DNA of 64,000 nucleotides from Octopus bimaculoides (lineage: Eukaryota): positions 51,077,066-51,141,065 of the forward strand of contig NC_068986.1 of NCBI RefSeq assembly GCF_001194135.2, in the 5' to 3' direction. A model generated the notes under the pieces. The model did no database searches, was not told where the DNA came from, and saw only the letters and a program-made list of their open reading frames with translations. Below are positions 11,313 through 23,929 of this stretch, one piece after another (position 1 is the first letter of the stretch; every line of letters begins with the position of its first letter). Position numbers and translations under genes: made by a program.

Positions 11313-12909
11313 TATATATATATATATGTACTCTTGTTTTTTCTTGCAGAAAGGACATATCTCATTTCATAGAACTTCCTATCACTTCTTGACAGAAATG
11401 GCAGTGTAGGAAACACTTCTACAGAAAGTGTTACTACATTTGCCATCTAAGTTATTACAAATAAAATACAAATCCCATATCGGATATACCATCTGAGTGC
11501 TCTAATGTCTTAACCAGACATGCATAGCTGCAAAGGGTAGGGCCACCTGCAAACACACAAGGAAACCAGTATAGATTATGTCCTTCATTGGAGCTAGCCC
11601 TATCATCAGCAAAACCTGCAACAGTTCTTTGAAGATATATGTTACCCAATCATAATGAAATACGTTGTAATGTATCATATATAAGAAGGATAATAAGCGC
11701 TTTTACTGTGCCGACTATCAAACTGCCACTTTAATCACTTAACTTGCTAGAAATAACAGCTAAATCTTTCCTCCCTACTATCTTAAAATAGAACGTTGGA
11801 TATATATATATATANNNNNNNNNNNNNNNNNNNNNNNNNNNNNNNNNNNNNNNNNNNNNNNNNNNNNNNNNNNNNNNNNNNNNNNNNNNNNNNNNNNNNN
11901 NNNNNNNNNNNNNNNNNNNNNNNNNNNNNNNNNNNNNNNNNNNNNNNNNNNNNNNNNNNNNNNNNNNNNNNNNNNNNNNNNNNNNNNNNNNNNNNNNNNN
12001 NNNNNNNNNNNNNNNNNNNNNNNNNNNNNNNNNNNNNNNNNNNNNNNNNNNNNNNNNNNNNNNNNNNNNNNNNNNNNNNNNNNNNNNNNNNNNNNNNNNN
12101 NNNNNNNNNNNNNNNNNNNNNNNNNNNNNNNNNNNNNNNNNNNNNNNNNNNNNNNNNNNNNNNNNNNNNNNNNNNNNNNNNNNNNNNNNNNNNNNNNNNN
12201 NNNNNNNNNNNNNNNNNNNNNNNNNNNNNNNNNNNNNNNNNNNNNNNNNNNNNNNNNNNNNNNNNNNNNNNNNNNNNNNNNNNNNNNNNNNNNNNNNNNN
12301 NNNNNNNNNNNNNNNNNNNNNNNNNNNNNNNNNNNNNNNNNNNNNNNNNNNNNNNNNNNNNNNNNNNNNNNNNNNNNNNNNNNNNNNNNNNNNNNNNNNN
12401 NNNNNNNNNNNNNNNNNNNNNNNNNNNNNNNNNNNNNNNNNNNNNNNNNNNNNNNNNNNNNNNNNNNNNNNNNNNNNNNNNNNNNNNNNNNNNNNNNNNN
12501 NNNNNNNNNNNNNNNNNNNNNNNNNNNNNNNNNNNNNNNNNNNNNNNNNNNNNNNNNNNNNNNNNNNNNNNNNNNNNNNNNNNNNNNNNNNNNNNNNNNN
12601 NNNNNNNNNNNNNNNNNNNNNNNNNNNNNNNNNNNNNNNNNNNNNNNNNNNNNNNNNNNNNNNNNNNNNNNNNNNNNNNNNNNNNNNNNNNNNNNNNNNN
12701 NNNNNNNNNNNNNNNNNNNNNNNNNNNNNNNNNNNNNNNNNNNNNNNNNNNNNNNNNNNNNNNNNATCTTAGCATCGTAATTTTAAAATATAAATAAAAA
12801 TCGTCAAAAGCTTGTTTATTTTTATGTTTTTTGATTTATTTAGTGTTGCTTAATATGTTTTGCTAAAATTTCAGATATCATCAGAAAAAGGTAATTAAAA
12901 TTCATTAAA

Positions 12910-13203
12910 ATGATAGATCTATTGGACTTTCAAAGAGACGCCAGCCTAACAAAGCAGCCAAAATGTTTGGTGTATCAAGAAGTACTGTCTCAAAAGTAAT
13001 GACAGCCTTTGAGAAAGAGGGAAAAACCTCCTCGTCAAAACAAAACTCCAGAAGAAAACCAAAACTTTCAGATAGACAGTTGGACTCTTACGTGAATTGT
13101 TAGAAAGGATCACAAAAGTACACCTCCTAAAATTACTGCAGAGCTTAATGACCACCTCAAGAACCCAATTTCCACAAAAACTGTTTGCCGGGAGGTGCAC
13201 AAA
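12910..13203 (+). pseudogene. Tc1-like transposase N-terminal relic
   Basis: TKAAKMFGVSRSTVSKVMTAFEKEGKTSSSKQNSRRKPKLSDR..IVRKDHKSTPPKITAELNDHLKNPISTKTVCREVHK; truncated next to a SINE. Confidence 0.8.
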
Positions 13204-13214
13204 TATATATATAG

Positions 13215-14790
13215 GTGCGGGCATGGCTGTGTGCTAAGAAGCTTGCTTCCCAACCAATATGGTTCTAGGTTCAGTCCCACTGTGTGGCACGTTGGGCAAT
13301 TATCTACTACTATAGCCTTCAGCCATCCAAAGCCATGTCAGTGGATTTGGTTAACGGAAACTGAAAGAAGTCTCTCCTATACATACATACATACATACAC
13401 ATATATATATATATGTGTGTGTGTGTTTGTGTTTGTTCCCCACCACCCTCACTTAGAAACCCATGTAGGTGTGTTTTCGTCCCCGCAACATAACGGTTTG
13501 GCAGAAGATTTCTATAGAATACGCTCCAGGCTTACAAAGAATAAGTCCAAGGGGCGTTTTCTTCAACTAAAAGGCAGTACTCCAGCACGGCCACACTCAA
13601 ATGCCTGAAACAAGTAACAGAGTAAAGGAGTAATATATATATATATATATATATATATANNNNNNNNNNNNNNNNNNNNNNNNNNNNNNNNNNNNNNNNN
13701 NNNNNNNNNNNNNNNNNNNNNNNNNNNNNNNNNNNNNNNNNNNNNNNNNNNNNNNNNNNNNNNNNNNNNNNNNNNNNNNNNNNNNNNNNNNNNNNNNNNN
13801 NNNNNNNNNNNNNNNNNNNNNNNNNNNNNNNNNNNNNNNNNNNNNNNNNNNNNNNNNNNNNNNNNNNNNNNNNNNNNNNNNNNNNNNNNNNNNNNNNNNN
13901 NNNNNNNNNNNNNNNNNNNNNNNNNNNNNNNNNNNNNNNNNNNNNNNNNNNNNNNNNNNNNNNNNNNNNNNNNNNNNNNNNNNNNNNNNNNNNNNNNNNN
14001 NNNNNNNNNNNNNNNNNNNNNNNNNNNNNNNNNNNNNNNNNNNNNNNNNNNNNNNNNNNNNNNNNNNNNNNNNNNNNNNNNNNNNNNNNNNNNNNNNNNN
14101 NNNNNNNNNNNNNNNNNNNNNNNNNNNNNNNNNNNNNNNNNNNNNNNNNNNNNNNNNNNNNNNNNNNNNNNNNNNNNNNNNNNNNNNNNNNNNNNNNNNN
14201 NNNNNNNNNNNNNNNNNNNNNNNNNNNNNNNNNNNNNNNNNNNNNNNNNNNNNNNNNNNNNNNNNNNNNNNNNNNNNNNNNNNNNNNNNNNNNNNNNNNN
14301 NNNNNNNNNNNNNNNNNNNNNNNNNNNNNNNNNNNNNNNNNNNNNNNNNNNNNNNNNNNNNNNNNNNNNNNNNNNNNNNNNNNNNNNNNNNNNNNNNNNN
14401 NNNNNNNNNNNNNNNNNNNNNNNNNNNNNNNNNNNNNNNNNNNNNNNNNNNNNNNNNNNNNNNNNNNNNNNNNNNNNNNNNNNNNNNNNNNNNNNNNNNN
14501 NNNNNNNNNNNNNNNNNNNNNNNNNNNNNNNNNNNNNNNNNNNNNNNNNNNNNNNNACTGAAAGAAGAGTGCTGTATATTTGTGTGTGTATGTGTTTCTG
14601 TTTGTACCCCTACCATTGCTTGACAACCGATGTTGCTGTGTTTACATTCCCATAACTTCGCGGCTCGGCAAAAGTCACCAATAGAAAAAGTACTAGGCTT
14701 ACAAGGAATAAATCCTGTGGTCGATTTGTTCAACCAATACCAGTGCTCTAGCATAGCCTCAGTCAAATGACTGAAACAAGTAAAATAAAA
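13215..14790 (+). mobile_element. Family-A SINE (13215-13630) and the 3' half of another (14557-14790) across an N gap
   Basis: Head gggcatggctgtgtgctaagaagc; tail tgactgaaacaagtaa. Confidence 0.75.
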
Positions 14791-15099
14791 AAAAAAAACT
14801 ATCTATGCCATTTTAATCCTGAGCAAGACCGGGTATCTCTGCTAGTGCATCTATAAAAGATAGAATTAGCTTGGTTTTGATCTGGGGCTAATAAATGTGA
14901 TTGAGATAGCCATTCTCAGTGACCATCAGTGTTCTTTTTTTTTTTCAACTTGGGTCTGAGGGAAGGAACAGTACCCATGGCCTTCACAGGTACTCCTAGT
15001 CTAGTTTGATTCATACCACAGTGTTTAGCATCTGCAGAAAAAAACAAGCACGGAGTGAATTCCAGAAGGCTGAAGTTTTGGGAAAGAAAGATTAGATGT

Positions 15100-15350
15100 A
15101 GTGATTCATGCAAGGCCTGGCATGTTGGAAACAACAAGGGTGATGGGAGAGAAGAGGAAGCAGGTAGAATGAGAGTGATTTCTCTGAGAAGCAGAGTAAT
15201 TTATAGTAGTGGTATAAAAAAGTGGAGAGAGGAAGCCAGAGGCTGGAGTATATTTCAGAGTGACTATGCCAATCAGTCTAGTAGGTCATTTCTCGATGCA
15301 GTTTTGGATGTCAATCGTTGTGTGCAGGAGCAGGGACATGACGATGTAAT
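15100..15350 (-). pseudogene. LINE RT C-terminal relic (CR1/Jockey-group-like)
   Basis: Reverse strand gives DIQNCIEK-PTRLIG, LQPLA and FYHYYKLLCFSE, similar to LDRIQRKAxRLI..LQPLAHRR..FYRYYxGxCSSE. Confidence 0.45.
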
Positions 15351-15426
15351 ATGATTTTTGGTTGTTGAGTCTCACAGAAGGGATGACAAGTGAGACCAAG
15401 ACTTCAGATTTACTGTGCTTGAGAAG

Positions 15427-15805
15427 TTGTTGGCACTCCATCGCTTACGACGTCGAGGGTTCCAGTTGATCCGATCAACGGAACAGCCTGCTCGTGAAAT
15501 TAACGTGCAAGTGACTGAGCATTCCACAGACACGTGTACTCTTAACGTAGTTCTCGGGGAGATTCAGCGTGAGACAGTGTGTGGCAAAGCTGGCCCTTTG
15601 AAATACAGGCACAACAGAAACAAAGAGTGAGAGAAAGTTGTGGTGAAAGGGTACAGCAGGGTTCGCCACCATCCCCTGCCGGAGCCTCGTGGAGCTTTAG
15701 GTGTTTTCGCTCAATAAACACTCACAACGCCCGGTCTGGGAATGGAAACCGCGATTCTATGACCGCGAGTCCGCTGCCCTAACCACTGGGCCATTGCGCC
15801 TCCAC
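15427..15805 (-). mobile_element. Young full-length tRNA-derived SINE, family D, inserted in an RTE 3' fragment
   Basis: Head gtggaggcgcaatggcccagtggttagggcagcggactcgcgg..ggtttccattccc (A/B boxes); AAC-type tail; TSD (ac)tgtgcttgagaag at 15412-15426 and 15804-15818; host reads MTS..FRFTVLEK|TCQIK-stop. Confidence 0.9.
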
Positions 15806-16149
15806 TGTGCTTGAGAAGACATGTCAAATTAAGTGAAACGGTGGTCATGGCTAGTGCTAGTAAAAGGCACCGGTGCTGGTGACACGTAAAAAGTACCTGT
15901 GTCAGTGACATTTAAAAGACACCCAATGTTGTGAAAAGCCAAGAATAGCCGCGGAAATACGGGAAGCGATGATTGGCTGCACGGGCGGAAAATTGTTAAG
16001 TTTGGATGGTTTGCCCTTCGAGCTTTACTATTACATGTCAAACTTGCTTGGAAACCTCTGAGCAAACGTTTACTGTAACTGACAGCAGAATGAGAGAATT
16101 CTCAGTGATTCGAGGAACGGTGGCAGTGTTGAGGAAAGGACCCTATCTA

Positions 16150-16640
16150 TCTATCTCTTATATCAGTTTCTTAATTTTTTTTTGCAGAACATTGAAGAGT
16201 TGTGTGCCTTTGCTCCCTAATCTATTGCAGTATCTAGCCCCGATTTTAGACAGAGTGAACCGTACTTTTGGTACAACGCAATGGCGTCCATTTCGGGCAT
16301 TTGTATAACACTTGATGCCAGAATTAGGTACTAGCTCTTTCAGAATGTAGATTATCACATATCTGATGCGTCTTCGCTCCAGTAATAAAGTCGTAGTTTT
16401 TTCAGCCTCTACCCGTAGTTTATCTGTTGTACTGTTGTAATCTTTTTAGTGTAGTAATGCTGGATCGCTTCAAGCCCCGCTGTTAGTTTACAACTATGTG
16501 GTGACCACAATTCAGAGCAGTAGTCCAGGCAGCTGTGAACAAAGGCCTTCCACAGGGTCAACATGACTTCTCGGCTTCTTGTCCTGAAGGATCTTAGTAC
16601 CCATCTTGCCAGTTATAATTCAAACTTAGACTCCGATGTC
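16150..16640 (-). pseudogene. CR1-type LINE ORF2 C-terminal relic
   Basis: WVLRSFRTRSREVMLTLWKAFVHSCLDYCSELWSP...LEAIQ...ERRRIRYVIIYILKELVPN. Confidence 0.75.
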
Positions 16641-17487
16641 TAAACAGGGAATCAATTCAACGGGGTAAATAATGGCTATAAGAGGAATTAAGTTGAGCAG
16701 ACATGGAGGCAAACTGTTATATTTAATCCCCAAACTGTTATAGTTAATATATCTAGTTTGTTTATCCGCATAATTGCCTCCATCTTCTGCTAATTACGTG
16801 CACTTTGTTGTTATTTTGGTAACCGGTTGAATTCTTTGGCTTTACAGCTCTGCCGACGAAGGCAGCAACCATTGATTACATCGGACATTGTGGAGGTAGA
16901 TGTAACAGCGGCCATACGTGTTAGGTCACTTTGTGAGGTATCTCATGAGTACTACTGGTAACATAGAATCCAGTACAACCTGTTGCATGGTAGGGTCCTC
17001 GGCGACTAAACCGGAACCTCCACTTGGCTTGTCTATGTAATAGTGTGTGAATTGTTTTGTTTTTTATATTCTTTTGATTTTTAAATGCAAGTTAATATTT
17101 TTGAGTTAAAAGTTTCTTCGTATTAAGCTAAAACATTTCTGTCTTTTTAAAGCATTATGTAATTTTTTAAATTTTATTTTTTATCAAAATTCATCATTCA
17201 AAAATTTTAAATCACAGATATTGTATTATTAATTTAAACTCATGTAGAATATATGTAATTCAAAAGAGTAGTAAATGAATATTAAATACAAAACAAAACA
17301 AAACAAAAGAATTTCTTTAAAGTTTGTATTATCAGATAACAAAATATTTTCAGTTAGAAAAATATTTAAAAAAATAAAGAAAGATAATAAAAATGTGCAG
17401 AATGTAGTAATGACTCTCTAACCATTTTTTTTTCTAAAACTTTGGTGTCATAATTGTCAATTTTGCTTAGGTTGCTATTACTCTTTT

Positions 17488-17880
17488 ACTCATTTACTTG
17501 TTTCAGTCATTTGACTGTGGCCATGCTGGAGCACCGCCTTTAGTCGAGCAAATCGACTCCAGGACTTATTCTTTGGAAGCCTAGTACTTATTCTATCAGT
17601 CTCTTTTGCCGAACCGCTAAGTTACGGGGACGTAAACACACCAGCATCAGTGTGTCAAGCGATGTTGGGGGACAGACACAGACACACAAACACATACATA
17701 CACATACATATATATACATATATACGACGGGCTTCTTTCAGTTTCCGTCTACCAAATCCACTCACAAGGCTTTGGTCGACCCGAGGCTATAGTACAAGAC
17801 ACTTGCCAAAGGTGCCACGCAGTGGGACTGAACCCGGAACTATGTAGTTTGTAAGCAAGCTACTTACCGCACAGCCACTC
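17488..17880 (-). mobile_element. Full-length family-A SINE
   Basis: Reverse complement of the 24520 copy, with an internal (CA/TA) microsatellite. Confidence 0.85.
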
Positions 17881-18296
17881 TTATGCCTATTATGTAATTT
17901 TTTAAAAATACAAATTTGTAATACCAAATTTTCAATGTGTAAACTTGCAGGTGATTAGTATTTTCACTAAAACTGAATATGAATAGGTCCTTGAATATTT
18001 GAATTTAAGCATTTAAGTAAAATTAAAGAGTATTAAAGAGCTTTTATTACTATTTTAGTTTTTAAATTCTAACTTTAGCAGCAGTGTTTTTAATTTTTCT
18101 TCTTCTTGTTCTGTACTTTTCCAGTTTCAGTACATAAGAATATTATAGCACTCGCACTCTGTGCCCGCATTTTATCATTCTGTTACTGTTTGTTCTGTAC
18201 TTTTCCAGGATCAATACTTAAGAATATTCTAGGATTCTGTGCTCGTAGTTTTCATTCTAGTAAAAGACACGTTCGATGAATTTGAATGAAAGTAAG

Positions 18297-18570
18297 ATAT
18301 TGTTGTTGTTATATTTCGGGACGGTCATTTTTTTCTTGCCAAATTAACATACGCCCTATATATTCGTTCTTCACTTGTTTATTATTGTTCTTATTTTATG
18401 TCCATTGTCAGGAAATTTTTCGTCGACATGAAATAAGAACAGTAATAAACAACTACGTGTGTTTATTTGGTAAGAAAAAAAATGACCAGCCCAAAATATA
18501 AAAATATTTGTTTCAACACACGATTTCTCATCAGGAATCGTGCAACACAAATTCATTAATGTAAGATATT
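18297..18570. mobile_element. Foldback/MITE-like element, same family as 34368-34700 (centre deleted)
   Basis: Nested inverted repeats atatttcgggacggtcatttt / aaaatgaccagcccaaaatat and ttcttcac.tgtttatta.tgttcttatttt / aaataagaacagtaataaac. Confidence 0.55.
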
Positions 18571-18969
18571 GTTTTTGGAGCATTATACAAATACGCGTAT
18601 GTAAATACAAGGAAAATAACTCCAGCATGCTTTATTTTATTTACATGGCAGTTATTTCCCTTTACTTTTGGGCATTTCCAGCCAACATTATAATGTAATT
18701 CTCTTCTGTATTTGGTATGTGCAAGTCCCATCTTTCATATGCAACAAGTGGGTTAAAAAACCCAGAAATCTTCGAAACGCATACAGACTCACAGACTAAG
18801 AGACTAACACACGCAAACACGCACACATCTACTTATCTATCTATCTATCTAGCTAGCTACCTAGCTACCTTCCTACTTACATAAATGCATACATACATAC
18901 GTGTGTGTGTTTATGTGCAGGAATAAAAGCAGTTCGCATGCATGTATATGCATGTAATCAAATTTAAAT

Positions 18970-19130
18970 ATGGCTGTGTAGTTAAGAATCACACTTTGCA
19001 GTCCCGTGGTTTTGGGTTCAGTCCCATAGTGCAGCACCTCGGGCAAGTGTTTTGTCTTATCGCCCAGAGTCGACCAATGCCTTGACAGTGAATTTGGTAG
19101 ACGGAAGCTGTGTGAAAGTCCATCGTATAT
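18970..19130 (+). mobile_element. 5' half of a family-A SINE
   Basis: ggctgtgtagttaagaa...gggcaagtgt...ggtagacggaagctg. Confidence 0.7.
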
Positions 19131-19210
19131 GCAAATAATAAACTAAACTGCTGAAGGAATTAAAATCAGAATGTTGAGAAATATTTTTGGTAGAATAGCA
19201 GAGAAAAATG

Positions 19211-19484
19211 TTGTTCCTTCTCGAGCCATGCCTGGCTTATAAGGGCCGGTTTCCCGGTTTCATTGGCGTATAGGTTCCTCACCCGCCTGTTGCAGGTGAG
19301 CTGTTAAATGCAGGAGGAAAGAGTGAGAGAAAGTTTTGGCGAAAGAGTCAGCAGAAGTTCGCCATTACCTTCTGCCGGAGCCGCGTGGAGCTTAGGTGTT
19401 TCGCTCATAAACACACATATCGCCCGTCTGAGATTCGAACCCGCGATCCCTCGCTGCTCTAATCACTAGGCCATGTGCTTCCAC
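19211..19484 (-). mobile_element. Family-D-related SINE with a different 3' tail
   Basis: 12-bp TSD cagagaaaaatg (19199-19210, 19484-19495); head and middle match family D, 3' ~100 bp unrelated. Confidence 0.8.
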
Positions 19485-19834
19485 AGAGAAAAATGATATG
19501 CAGTATTTAGTTATATCTCTTTATGTACTGCGTTCAAATCCCGATGAGGTCGACTTTGCTTTATATCCTCTCAGTTCAATGAAATAAGTACCAGTGAAAC
19601 ACTGGGATCAATATAATCGATTGGCTTTCTACACATAAAATTTCTGGCCTTAAGCTTATATAATGGTTTTGTCGAGTGTAGTTAGTTGTTACCATTAGCT
19701 CTAGTACTTGACTGGTATTTTAGCTTATCGAAGTAGAAAGGATGATCTCAACTGTAATTAACTCGCCTATTTAGCAATTAAACAATTTTGTTTAACTAAC
19801 TTTAATTTTCCTTTCTAAACTGTTGACATAATAT

Positions 19835-20050
19835 TGGTTTCAAATTGTGGCAAAAGGCCACCAATTTCAGGGAAGTGGGTAAGTCGATTATATTGACCCC
19901 AGTGTTCAACTGCTACTTCTTTTATCGACCCTGAAGAGATGAAAGGCAAAGTCAACCCCAGTGGAATTTGAATTCAGAACTTAAAGACATACGAAATGCC
20001 GCTAGGCATTTTGCCCAGCGTGCTAATGATTCTGCCAGCTCGCCACCTTA
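19835..20050 (-). mobile_element. Family-B SINE
   Basis: Family-B body and head (..ctgccagctcgccacc). Confidence 0.8.
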
Positions 20051-20941
20051 ATGGTTTACGTAATATTCCTTTAAATGTAAGACTGTACTTTTGTCGAAAC
20101 GAATGGGATTGTCTGTAGATTTAGTAGTATGAAGTAAAGATGAATAATGTCCCTTAATTTATTTGTATTCTTCTGTCTTCAGTTCACCTAGTTTTCACTT
20201 CTTCACACAGTATTCTTTTATGATATTAACTCTACTTTTTATACAATAGACAAAGATATCTCTTAGCGATCGAATACATGCCATGACATTCCAGGCGCGT
20301 ACATTCATAACAGAACTTCATCAGGTATGACAGAAACCACAAAACAAGGCAAGTAATCATCTCTATGATAGAGAAAGGATCGGCGCTCATGGTAGAAACC
20401 ATAACTCGAAACGTTTCTCAACGTCCGGTTTTCACACTCGGGAGATTACGCTGCTGGTATCAAATGATATTTGTTGATTCAGCCCTTGTTCATAGAGGAT
20501 AGTGAGATCGTCATTCAAACAAAATGGGCAACCAGAGATTAGTGACGACAACTCTGACAAGTTCTGCTCAGACCATTTGCTCATTTTATGTGATTAACCA
20601 AAAGACGAGCACACACTTCCTCGTAAATACTAGAGCAAAATTGAATATCATGCCACTCACTTATGTGTGCAAAAAGCGTCAACGCAATTCCGTGTTACGG
20701 CGTGAGATCCTTATACTTAATTTGGGATTGAGGTGGATTTTCAAATGCTTATTCATCATCACAGAGATGCCTGCCCACCTCAGTAGAGCGCAATTCTTCA
20801 GCCATTTCGGTCCTTGAGGAAATGTTAAGCACTGACAGACCTTACTGTACGAAGAGTCACTATATGTACACCTAAAGTGAACTCGATATTAATGGGAACA
20901 ACTTCAACAAAATATGACACTTTCTTTTGTCAGCACTTAGA

Positions 20942-21159
20942 TATTCTTTGCTACTCTAGGCACAAGGCCTAAAATTTTTGGGGAGGGGGCCAGTCGATTA
21001 GATCGACCTCAGTGCGAAACTGGTACTTAATTTATCGACCCCGAAAGGATGAAAGGCAAAGTCAACCTCGGCGGAGTTTGAACTCGGAACGTAAAGACAG
21101 ACGAAATACCGCTAAGCATTTCACCCGGCGTGCTAACGTTTCTGCCAGCTCGCTGCCTT
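20942..21159 (-). mobile_element. Full-length family-B SINE nested in the gypsy relic
   Basis: TSD ttgtcagcact at 20927-20937 and 21158-21168. Confidence 0.9.
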
Positions 21160-23074
21160 GTCAGCACTCATATGTTAAATTTACAATGTACAATGACGGA
21201 ATAGTAGCGCATGCAGTTTTAACTTTAATATCGAGACACGAGGACCACCAATACCAGCTAAACCTCGTTGCATTGTTACAAATCAATTGAAGATTTTTAC
21301 GTTTAAGTTCGATCATATACTCGAACTAGGAATAATACATCCCTCAAAAAGTGACTGGTCTTCACCCTAACATATGGTGCCCCGAAAGAAACCATGTGTC
21401 TGGTGTTCTTTTGGTGATTATCATGCACTCAACGCCAACACCTTTCCAGACATTACCCGACACTCTCTTTACAGGATTTTTTTAAATAAATGGCGTGCAG
21501 GTTTTCTCGAAGGTAGATCTACTCAGAGCATATAGTTAGAGTCTGGTGGAATCGGAAAAAAAAACTGCAATTACAACGTCATTTGGTCCCTAATGGTTTG
21601 TATAATAGTCTTTTGGTCTTTTAATGCCGTACAGATATTCCATTCCTAATTGCACTGGTCTCAGCCTATCGCTCACTGACATGCCCAGGAATAGAAAGAA
21701 AAGGAAACGACAATTCAACCTCACGTCTTTCATAAAAAGTAAGAGGTTTATTGAAACGACTCCCCTGGTTTATCCCATAGCAGACTTACGACAGTATATG
21801 TTAGTAAAAGCATCGGATATTTGAGTGGAGGGTGTTTTGCATTTACTGGTATGACAACCACTCTTTTTCTTTTCTAAACATTTGCGACCACCAGAAACCA
21901 AGCAGGTAGGTTTTTCGGGGAATTACTTGCAGTTAATCTTAGCGTAAGGGTCGTAATTTTTGCCATTTCAACATCTGATATCCCCTAATGCGCGCTCTGA
22001 AGTCTAGACGTGACCAATACTCACCATCCGAGATTTCTCACCTCAACTACCTCTCACAGTAAACAACTGATATTAAGCGCAGTGAAAGATATTGAAAATG
22101 CAGTACCAGATTCACTCTTACTCACATCAATGCATTTCGCACTTCTGCTTTTATCAATTTGGATGAGCTAGCAGCTGGCCAGATTGATGAAAATCTCCCC
22201 AGTCAACACAAATCGTTACCTCTTTGATATTCCAGCAAGTGCCTCTTTTTGTCTCTAGCTTGACATATTTGATGTGATGTCACCACTGATCATGGATACC
22301 ATGTTTGTATCTGAAAAGCTACTTTGAAATGTTTTCAACGAGTTCGATCGTTTGTAACACTCGAGTTCCGTCTCTACACATCGCACATTTCAATTCGACT
22401 TGTATAAACAAAGTGTTCGGAAGTGGGCCAAGCACTGTATCACATACCAGGAAGAAAACCAGCTCAATGCATCTTTAGACATCTTTGTTTCAAGGTTTAA
22501 ACACATACATGTCGACCCTGTGGGACCACTTCCCACTTCACATTGATAGTTACTTGTTTATCAGTATCGACAGGTACACCAGATGCCCCCCCCCCACTTT
22601 TTGTTTTAGATGTAGCACTCGATTTCTGTATGCGGCACACCATATACTATTACAAGGGATTGGGGACTGACGTTCGAATCCGACTTATTCGCAGAACAGA
22701 CATGACTGCAAGGCTGCAATTAAAAAGTGTACCACAGTTTACCGTCCAATAGCTAACGGCATAGTGGAACCTCTCGACCGCCAACTCAAGGTGGTATTGG
22801 AAGTCTAAGCAGATCCTATTCAGTGATCAAATATCTTTTTATATTTATGGGTATATACCTACCAGTGAAAACAGACTTTGATGTATTCAGCCTGGACTCC
22901 TGTATGACAACACCATCAAGTTGCCTGGCCCAGACGGTTGCTTATAGCCAGTCTCCTGCAATACTAGGTCTGTTAAACTACGAATATGTTCATAACACGA
23001 ATACTTCACCAAGTCTCTACCAGTTATCACTCATCCACATCAGACCAAAGTACGATTCTCTCAAGACTCAAAAT

Positions 23075-23173
23075 ATCCTCATCTTAGACATTTTATACAG
23101 GACTATTATCCTCATCTTAGACATTTTATACAGGACTATTATCCTCATCTTAGACATTTTATACAGGACTATT
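23075..23173. repeat. Perfect 33-bp x3 tandem repeat
   Basis: atcctcatcttagacattttatacaggactatt three times, identical. Confidence 0.95.
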
Positions 23174-23929
23174 CAAAGTGCTCCAAGAATTTAGCATTTG
23201 AAATTCGAAGCCAGCATATTTATGGAATGAATAACCCAAAGTAACTTAACTTACAACAGCTACAGTTTTTCCATTAACTATTCGTATACAAGGATATCAG
23301 CCTACCATCAGCTCATCAGTTACTTCATTTTCTGCCAAACTATTAGGAAAACTAAGACATGACAATGCATCCACTGGCCATCCCGTAAAATATATTTGCG
23401 CCCTTATTCGGTTTTCTCTCTGCTAACTGTCACCAACAACCATAACTTTCTCGCTTTCTCTTTCTAGTTGCTAGTTTGATATTGTATCTAAAGAATAAGT
23501 TTCACCAGTAAGTTATCTACATTCAGACTTTGCTGGTGTCAGTTGTCTTTCATAAGCATTTTGGATCTCGCAAAAGAAAAAAAGAAAGAAAAGAAAAGAA
23601 GTTTGAACATTTTCCTCACACATATCGAACTGAATTTGTAAAACACGAACATAACTATGCATATTTTTGCACACATATTTCTGTAAACTGTGCAAGATTG
23701 TTGCAAATTAATATCTATGACATTTATTGTTTCAATTCTGTTTTATTCTAATCTATATTTTCAAACCGTATATATACATGTTTAGAAAATATTCGTGTAT
23801 TTGAAACAAATATACAAACACACATACTCACACATGTCTATATCTATGTATAAATGTATAAAGCATTTTTGTCTCTTCGAATATTCCTTTTAATTTCTCA
23901 CAAGCACAACAATAACAATGATAATAATC

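Larger units (their letters stand above)
20330..23250 (+). pseudogene. Ty3/gypsy LTR-retrotransposon pol relic (PR-RT-RNaseH-IN order)
   Basis: FYVINQKTSTHFLVNTRA (protease), ELGIIHPSKSDWSSP and FSKVDLLRAY (RT), VKASD (RNase H), RFKHIHVDPVGPLP, YLFISIDRYTR and TVYRPIANGIVEPLDRQLK (integrase); many frameshifts; no LTRs identified. Confidence 0.8.

Noticed and set aside
11783-14766. Long ORFs of 330-389 aa in the track (also 25547, 31787, 40115, 44291, 51085, 62330)
   Set aside because: They are long only because N gaps translate as X; the flanks are microsatellite or SINE sequence
15740-15805. tRNA-like sequences here and at other SINE heads as tRNA genes
   Set aside because: They are Pol III heads of SINEs with body, tail and TSDs; no complete tRNA 3' end
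23075-23173. Short direct repeats (also 55708) as CRISPR-like arrays
   Set aside because: No spacers; plain tandem duplications in eukaryotic transposon relics
19650-23550. LTRs, primer-binding site or polypurine tract for the gypsy relic
   Set aside because: No matching direct repeats found on the two flanks
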